Below are positions 27,717-32,000 of a DNA stretch of 32,000 bases, piece after piece. The notes beneath the pieces were generated by a model. The model did no database searches. It worked only from the letters and a program-made list of their open reading frames with translations, and was not told the DNA's origin. Origin of the DNA: Cenarchaeum sp. (GTDB lineage: Archaea; Thermoproteota; Nitrososphaeria; Nitrososphaerales; Nitrosopumilaceae). Made by a program: the position numbers and the translations under genes. Positions within the stretch are counted from its first letter, which is position 1; every line of letters starts with the position of its first letter. Location of the stretch: assembly GCA_963692915.1 (NCBI GenBank), contig OY843584.1, positions 1,248,000 to 1,279,999 on the forward strand, written 5' to 3'.

Positions 27717-28977
27717 GCCTCTCCACAGCCTCGCTTGCGGCGTGCGCGATCCTGCGCGCACGCTCGGCATTATCAGACTCGACAGAGACGCGCACGGCAT
27801 CCTCGGTGTTTGACCCGCGAACCAGGAGCCATGTCGACTCGTCGTCAGTTCCCCTAAAGCCGCCCAGGCCGCCAGTCTCAGAGAACTCGCCGCGCATCTC
27901 CTCTCTGACAGCCTCGACGATGCGCGCGTGCTCTGGGGCGCGTGCACTAACCTTTTGCCGGATGCGATGGAGGCCCGAGACGCCGGCGATCGCCGCATCG
28001 AGCGTGCCGTCAGCTGACATTGATGCGACTATTGCGCCGGCGATCATCCCGTCCCGGCAAGTGTTGAACTCGGGAATGATCAGTCCGGCGCTGCTGCCCT
28101 CGCCTCCGGCGTCGCACGGAGTCGACTCGATCACGTCAACTACGTTGGCCTCACCGACCATTGTCGGATATACGCTCCCTCCAGCATCGCGCACCATTGC
28201 GCCAACTGCGCCACTAGTGTCCTCGCTTATCGCAAAGTTGCGCATTCCGCGTGCAAGCGACCAGGCGACTCCGGCGGCGAGTGTTGCGTCTGGTGGGCAT
28301 ATTGTGCCATTGCGCGCAATGACTGCACGATCCCCGTCAAGGTCAAGTGCAACTCCCACGTCGCACTTTTGGCTCGCCTCGGCTAGCGCATCCAGGCGCG
28401 CCGATGTGGGATCCGGCCCGCCGCCAGAGACGACGTCTATGACCGTGCAGCCTACGCCCTCGAGGATGCTGCGCGCCGGTGCGGCCGCCGCGCCGCCACC
28501 GGCATCTAGTGCGACACTAGTGCCGGCAGCCACCCTGCCAAGGAGGCCGATCGCCGCAGTTGCGTATGACGCCTCGAGGTCATCCTCGGTGCCCACGCGG
28601 CCGTGGCTTTTGCCGGCGCGCCCTGTTCGTCCCAGGCTCGAGGCGTCGATGCCCCTCCCGCGCAGCGCAAACTTTAGGCCGTTCCACTCCGGCCCGTTGT
28701 GCGATGCCGTGACGGCAACTCCGGCACCGGCGCTGCGCGACTCGTAGAATATGAGCGGCGTTGGCGCAACGCCCAGGTGGAGCACGTCGAGGCCAGAGGC
28801 CATCAGGGCCGCAGACGCGGCACGAGTCAGCATTGGGCCGGACTCGCGCGTGTCCATGCCGAGTGCGCATGACGCGCCGGCGGCCACTGCGCCAAATGAC
28901 TCGCACAGGGCGGCGACCTCGCCGGGACCCATTCCGTCACCAACAATGCCCCTTGCGCCGGACACGCCCACTCTCAT
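27700..28977 (-). CDS. Phosphohexomutase (phosphoglucosamine/phosphomannomutase family)
   Basis: FGVSGARGIVGDGM-like start, ALGMDTRESGPML, active-site TASHNGPEWNGLKF, DLDGDRAVIA, EDTSGAVGAMVRDAG, RGSNTEDAVRVSVE. Confidence 0.9.
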   Translation of the reverse strand: MRVGVSGARGIVGDGMGPGEVAALCESFGAVAAGASCALGMDTRESGPMLTRAASAALMASGLDVLHLGVAPTPLIFYESRSAGAGVAVTASHNGPEWNGLKFALRGRGIDASSLGRTGRAGKSHGRVGTEDDLEASYATAAIGLLGRVAAGTSVALDAGGGAAAAPARSILEGVGCTVIDVVSGGGPDPTSARLDALAEASQKCDVGVALDLDGDRAVIARNGTICPPDATLAAGVAWSLARGMRNFAISEDTSGAVGAMVRDAGGSVYPTMVGEANVVDVIESTPCDAGGEGSSAGLIIPEFNTCRDGMIAGAIVASMSADGTLDAAIAGVSGLHRIRQKVSARAPEHARIVEAVREEMRGEFSETGGLGGFRGTDDESTWLLVRGSNTEDAVRVSVESDNAERARRIAHAASEAVERHAQGS

Positions 28978-29029
28978 GCGTGGGCAGCCTCAAAGGCTTT
29001 TTATTAACTCTGGTCAGGCACGCGTGTGC

Positions 29030-29103
29030 GCCTCGGTAGCTCAGTCTGGTAGAGCGAGCGCTTCGTAAGCGCTAGGTCGTGGGTTCAGATCCCATTCGGG
29101 GCT
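29030..29103 (+). tRNA. tRNA-Thr (anticodon CGT)
   Basis: Acceptor GCCTCGG/TCGGGGC, anticodon arm AGCGC-TTCGTAA-GCGCT, T arm GTGGG-TTCAGAT-CCCAT, discriminator U. No encoded CCA. TTTTTATTAA upstream. Confidence 0.95.
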
Positions 29104-29109
29104 TTAAAA

Positions 29110-29196
29110 TCAATTCCGGGCGAGGTTATAGTCCTCGATGTCGACCTCGAGCTCTGCGCCGAGATCCTTCCACCATTGTGCTGCCGTATCGCCCAT
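29110..29196 (-). CDS. Candidate 28-aa leaderless micropeptide
   Basis: MGDTAAQWWKDLGAELEVDIEDYNLARN*; CTATAAAGG element about 28 nt upstream of the ATG. Confidence 0.4.
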   Translation of the reverse strand: MGDTAAQWWKDLGAELEVDIEDYNLARN

Positions 29197-29291
29197 CCTG
29201 ACGCAGGCGCTCAGGCGGGGCCTTTATAGATCTATCGGTGGGTCGCGGATCCGTCCCGTTTTGGCCATGTTTGGCTTTTTTGGCCCTGCGA

Positions 29292-29471
29292 TCACTCGGT
29301 TTTGGGAGTTCGCCGGCTCCACTTGCGGTACATGATGATCCCCAGTGCCCCCAGAGCGCATGACCAAAAGACCGGCCAGCCGGCCGGATCCCGCTGCGCG
29401 ATCAGGCCCAAGTACGCGTATACTGTCCCTGCGATCAGCCCAAAGCCGAGGAGCTCGAGTGCCTTGCCCAT
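29292..29471 (-). CDS. Small (59 aa) membrane protein, absent from the ORF track
   Basis: Manual translation MGKALELLGFGLIAGTVYAYLGLIAQRDPAGWPVFWSCALGALGIIMYRKWSRRTPKTE*; two hydrophobic helices; ATATAT centred about 26 nt upstream. Confidence 0.7.
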   Translation of the reverse strand: MGKALELLGFGLIAGTVYAYLGLIAQRDPAGWPVFWSCALGALGIIMYRKWSRRTPKTE

Positions 29472-29494
29472 GGGGCGCGGGCCAAATCAAAAAG

Positions 29495-29500
29495 ATATAT
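29495..29500. promoter_or_regulatory. Candidate shared bidirectional TATA element (ATATAT) between two divergent small membrane protein genes
   Basis: Centre 29497.5 is about 29.5 nt from the + start (29527) and 26.5 nt from the - start (29471); only 55 bp separate the genes. Confidence 0.65.
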
Positions 29501-29526
29501 TGTTTTGGTGCGGCCGCGCGTGCTGT

Positions 29527-29712
29527 ATGGATCGCTACCACATGATAGTCCTCATATTCATGGCCGGCGGGATGGGCATAGCGACGTACAACGCAAACTG
29601 GGTCATGTTCTGGGTCATGGTCGCCGGTGCGGTGGGCATTATCCTCTATAGCTCGTACTCGGAGGGTCGCGAGAGGCGGGCCGAGCGCAGGCGCAAGCGG
29701 CGTGGCCTATAG
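29527..29712 (+). CDS. Small (61 aa) membrane protein with highly basic C-terminus
   Basis: MDRYHMIVLIFMAGGMGIATYNANWVMFWVMVAGAVGIILYSSYSEGRERRAERRRKRRGL; start moved from track 29302. Confidence 0.75.
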   Translation: MDRYHMIVLIFMAGGMGIATYNANWVMFWVMVAGAVGIILYSSYSEGRERRAERRRKRRGL

Positions 29713-29985
29713 CTCGAGGCCGAATGACTCGGCCATCGAGTGGAACTCGCGGTAGAGCTCGAGGTACTGTATGCCCTTTGGCGTGATCGCAAACGCATGT
29801 CGCCCGTCGCTCTCTATCCTGGCCATGAGGCCGGCGCCGGTGAGGTTGGTCGTCAGCCTTTGGAGTCGCGAGTGCGTAATGTTGGTCTTTATGAGGAGAA
29901 GCGTTGGGGCGATTCCGTCCGAGCCGGACTCCTTGGTCGCGTTGAGCATCGCGGCGATGATCTGCGAGCTGTTGCGATAAGTCAT
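29707..29985 (-). CDS. Winged-helix DNA-binding protein
   Basis: MTYRNSSQIIAAMLNATKES...LLLIKTNITHSRLQRLTTNLTGAGLMARIESDGRHAFAITPKGIQYLELYREF; TTATATTG about 26 nt upstream. Start moved from track 30243. Confidence 0.82.
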   Translation of the reverse strand: MTYRNSSQIIAAMLNATKESGSDGIAPTLLLIKTNITHSRLQRLTTNLTGAGLMARIESDGRHAFAITPKGIQYLELYREFHSMAESFGLEL

Positions 29986-30040
29986 TGCCCAGCAGTCGGT
30001 ATAGTACAATATAACGTTATGCGGGGTTTTGCGGCATGGT

Positions 30041-30155
30041 CTGCGATCATTTTGGCCTTGTGGGGAAGATCCATGACCGTCAGCACGGGGAGGGCAGGTC
30101 CGAGAGTCCCTGCGATCACCGGATATCTCGCAGAGGTCCCTGCGATCATTTTGGC
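30041..30155. repeat. Three co-oriented copies of CTGCGATCA upstream of the wHTH gene; two share the 16-mer CTGCGATCATTTTGGC
   Basis: Copies at 30041-30049, 30110-30118, 30140-30148. Further copies at 29286-29294 and 29429-29437. Confidence 0.75.
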
Positions 30156-30319
30156 TGCGCTCATGGTCGAACCCCCGGGATCTAGTGCTGGAACGGGCGG
30201 GGTGTGAGTGCGCCCCTGACGGCGCGGGCACGCACCCCACCACAGTCTAGGCACGCAGGCCATCACCACCATTCGGCCTTGCAAAAGTCGACGAACCCAC
30301 TCGCGCACGCATTTGCGTG

Positions 30320-30330
30320 TTAATATATGG
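30320..30330 (+). promoter_or_regulatory. TATA element TTAATATATGG upstream of the hypothetical gene at 30351
   Basis: First base is 31 nt before the ATG. Nearly identical element and geometry at 17258-17268. Confidence 0.7.
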
Positions 30331-30350
30331 AATGTCTGCGCGAGGCGGCC

Positions 30351-30923
30351 ATGGTCGCAGAGCGAATCCCATGGACGAGCGACTTTGTCGGCGTCGCGTA
30401 CCGCTATTATGACCTGCGCATGAACGTCGCGCCGCTCTTTGCGAACCGCAAGGAGGCCGTCGCCGCATGGCATGACACGATACGCTGGTGGATTGATCCG
30501 ACCATACGCGTCAGGTTCATCGAGGCCGGCGACGTCTATTGGTTTGCCATGGGAGCAGACTCGAAAAAGCCAGAGCAGAACGCCTCGTTCTTTAGGACTA
30601 TGCCAATGTCAGAGAACTATGAGAGGTTCAAGCGCGGCTGCGGTGGCGAGGCGTATGTGCGTCTCGGAATGTACGAAAAGAAGTCGCTCTCTGAGTCAAA
30701 GGACGACGACGTCTGCGAGTGCGGCCACGAGGGCGAGGATCACGAGGGCGACTCTTGTCTCATGGACGACTGCAAGTGCGAGTCCTTTGAGACCGTGCGA
30801 GTCACGCTATTGCACAAGAAAAAGACCGTCGGTGATATCGCGTTCCTTGACGTGGAGGCTGCGCGCGAGGACTCGCTTGCGTGGAACTGTATGTGCGCGC
30901 ACCGCCTCGGCGGCGCGTCATGA
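30351..30923 (+). CDS. Hypothetical protein with Cys/His cluster
   Basis: MVAERIPWTSDFVGVAYRYYDLRMNVAPLF...DDDVCECGHEGEDHEGDSCLMDDCKCESFE..., leaderless promoter geometry. Confidence 0.7.
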   Translation: MVAERIPWTSDFVGVAYRYYDLRMNVAPLFANRKEAVAAWHDTIRWWIDPTIRVRFIEAGDVYWFAMGADSKKPEQNASFFRTMPMSENYERFKRGCGGEAYVRLGMYEKKSLSESKDDDVCECGHEGEDHEGDSCLMDDCKCESFETVRVTLLHKKKTVGDIAFLDVEAAREDSLAWNCMCAHRLGGAS

Positions 30924-31073
30924 GATGCGCGTGTGCTCGCCCTCATAGTGCTCGCCGATAAGGTACGAATAGCACGCGCCGCACAGCGGGCTGCTGAGGT
31001 TCCATGACTCCATTGGGGCATAGCGCGGGCTCGCCGGCTTTGAGCACCGCGTGCACTTCTCCTTTCTGGCCAA
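30918..31073 (-). CDS. Small (51 aa) zinc-ribbon-like protein, absent from the ORF track
   Basis: Manual translation from TTG: MARKEKCTRCSKPASPRYAPMESWNLSSPLCGACYSYLIGEHYEGEHTRIS*; two CxxC pairs; convergent with upstream gene through TCATGA. Confidence 0.65.
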   Translation of the reverse strand: MARKEKCTRCSKPASPRYAPMESWNLSSPLCGACYSYLIGEHYEGEHTRIS

Positions 31074-31166
31074 GCGTCAGGGATGCGCGTGTGTTGGTAT
31101 AAAAACGGTGACAGATATCCGCACGGTAGCAGAGGGATAAATATGCGGGCGAGGCGGGGCGACCCC

Positions 31167-31988
31167 ATGAAGCGCGTAGCCCTTGTCACCGGATGCTCAT
31201 CGGGCATCGGCCTAGAGTCGGCCCTCGCGCTCGCAAGGGAGGGATACGCCGTGCGGGCAGGCGTTCGCGACGAGTCTCGGGCCGGCCCGCTCTCCGAGGC
31301 GGCGGCTGCCGAGTCCCTCGACGTGCGAACCGTTCGCCTTGACGTCGCCGACGGCGAGTCAGTGCGCGAGGCCACCGAGTCGGTTCTCAAGGACGCCGGT
31401 GCCGTCGACGTCCTAGTCAACAACGCCGGCTATGGCCTCTTTGGGTGCGTCGAGGACATCTCGCTTGATGACATGCGCGCACAGTTTGAGACCAACTTTT
31501 TTGGGGCTGTTGCCCTCATACAGCGCCTCGCGCCGTCGATGCGCGCTCGCGGGGCGGGCCGCATAATCAACATCAGTTCCGTGGCCGGCAGGATAGGCTT
31601 TCCATGCTCGCCGGCGTACGTGAGCTCAAAGTTTGCCCTAGAGGGCCTGAGCGAGTGCATGAGGTACGAGCTCGGCCCGCACGGCATTGAGACAGTCATC
31701 ATCGAGCCCGGAGTCATAAAGACGCCGTTCATGGACAACATAGTTGTGCCCGAGTCAGCCGACTCGCCGTACGCCGAGATTACGCAAAAGGTCATCAGTG
31801 GGATCAAGATGATGGCAAGCCTCGGCACGCCGCCATCCGAGGTCGCGCGCACCGTCGTAAAGGCCGCCACCGAAGAGAATCCCCCACCGCGCTATGTCGT
31901 CGGCAATGACGCGAGCATGTTCCTCGAGACACGCGCGTCGATGACTGACGCCGAGTTTGAAGAGTATATCAAAAAAGAGCTCTATTGA
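31167..31988 (+). CDS. Short-chain dehydrogenase/reductase
   Basis: VALVTGCSSGIG, NNAGYG, NISSVAGRIGFPCSPAYVSSKFAL (YxxxK). Start moved from track 31083. Confidence 0.93.
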   Translation: MKRVALVTGCSSGIGLESALALAREGYAVRAGVRDESRAGPLSEAAAAESLDVRTVRLDVADGESVREATESVLKDAGAVDVLVNNAGYGLFGCVEDISLDDMRAQFETNFFGAVALIQRLAPSMRARGAGRIINISSVAGRIGFPCSPAYVSSKFALEGLSECMRYELGPHGIETVIIEPGVIKTPFMDNIVVPESADSPYAEITQKVISGIKMMASLGTPPSEVARTVVKAATEENPPPRYVVGNDASMFLETRASMTDAEFEEYIKKELY

Positions 31989-32000
31989 GGCTGCTCGTCG

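Noticed and set aside
27010-27813. 267-aa plus-strand ORF
   Set aside because: Antisense to thiL, which has clear family motifs; shadow ORF.
26754-27998. 414-aa version of ThiL
   Set aside because: The N-terminal 94 residues lie inside the phosphohexomutase reading frame region and lack family motifs; MRRAPDEAG start preferred.
27806-28747. 313-aa plus-strand ORF
   Set aside because: Antisense to the phosphohexomutase gene, with Ser/Pro/Ala-rich composition and no motifs.
29224-29541. 105-aa minus-strand ORF
   Set aside because: Out of frame with the 59-aa membrane protein at 29292-29471, which has better hydrophobicity pattern, start and promoter.
30041-30155. CRISPR-like array
   Set aside because: The CTGCGATCA copies are short and unevenly spaced, with no uniform 23-40 bp repeats, and no cas genes are in the window.
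29707-30243. Full 178-aa frame for the wHTH gene
   Set aside because: The first 86 residues are repetitive Arg/Asp/Pro-rich sequence upstream of a TATA element; the real gene most likely starts at 29985.
30740-31423. 227-aa minus-strand ORF
   Set aside because: Overlaps antisense to the SDR gene and adjacent genes; composition is shadow-like.

Overview
The window looks like a compact, high-GC thaumarchaeal chromosome segment, probably Cenarchaeum-like (inferred from gene content, archaeal promoters and codon usage). Most of it is housekeeping: purA (partial), pyrF, NUDIX, cis-prenyltransferase, aIF2-beta, DUF424, aIF1A, Rio1, a KH protein, top6B, hisG-hisD-hisC, HMG-CoA reductase, DnaJ, mtnP, apt, a Rieske protein, UPF0147, Trm56, HflX, PhoU-like, ThiL and a phosphohexomutase, plus tRNA-Leu(CAG) and tRNA-Thr(CGT). 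Accessory features are two orphan-looking DNA methyltransferases and several short genes missing from the ORF track. I found no CRISPR array, intact transposon or recognisable defence island. The most interesting locus is about 29.1-30.4 kb. It holds two divergent, apparently paralogous ~60-aa membrane proteins around one centrally placed ATATAT element, a winged-helix regulator, a 28-aa leaderless micro-ORF and five copies of CTGCGATCA. Other leads are a leaderless uORF coupled to dnaJ, a perfect palindrome over the phoU-like promoter, a possible CTG start in hisC, self-complementary shared stop codons at convergent gene pairs, and a probable rearrangement junction between top6B and hisC.
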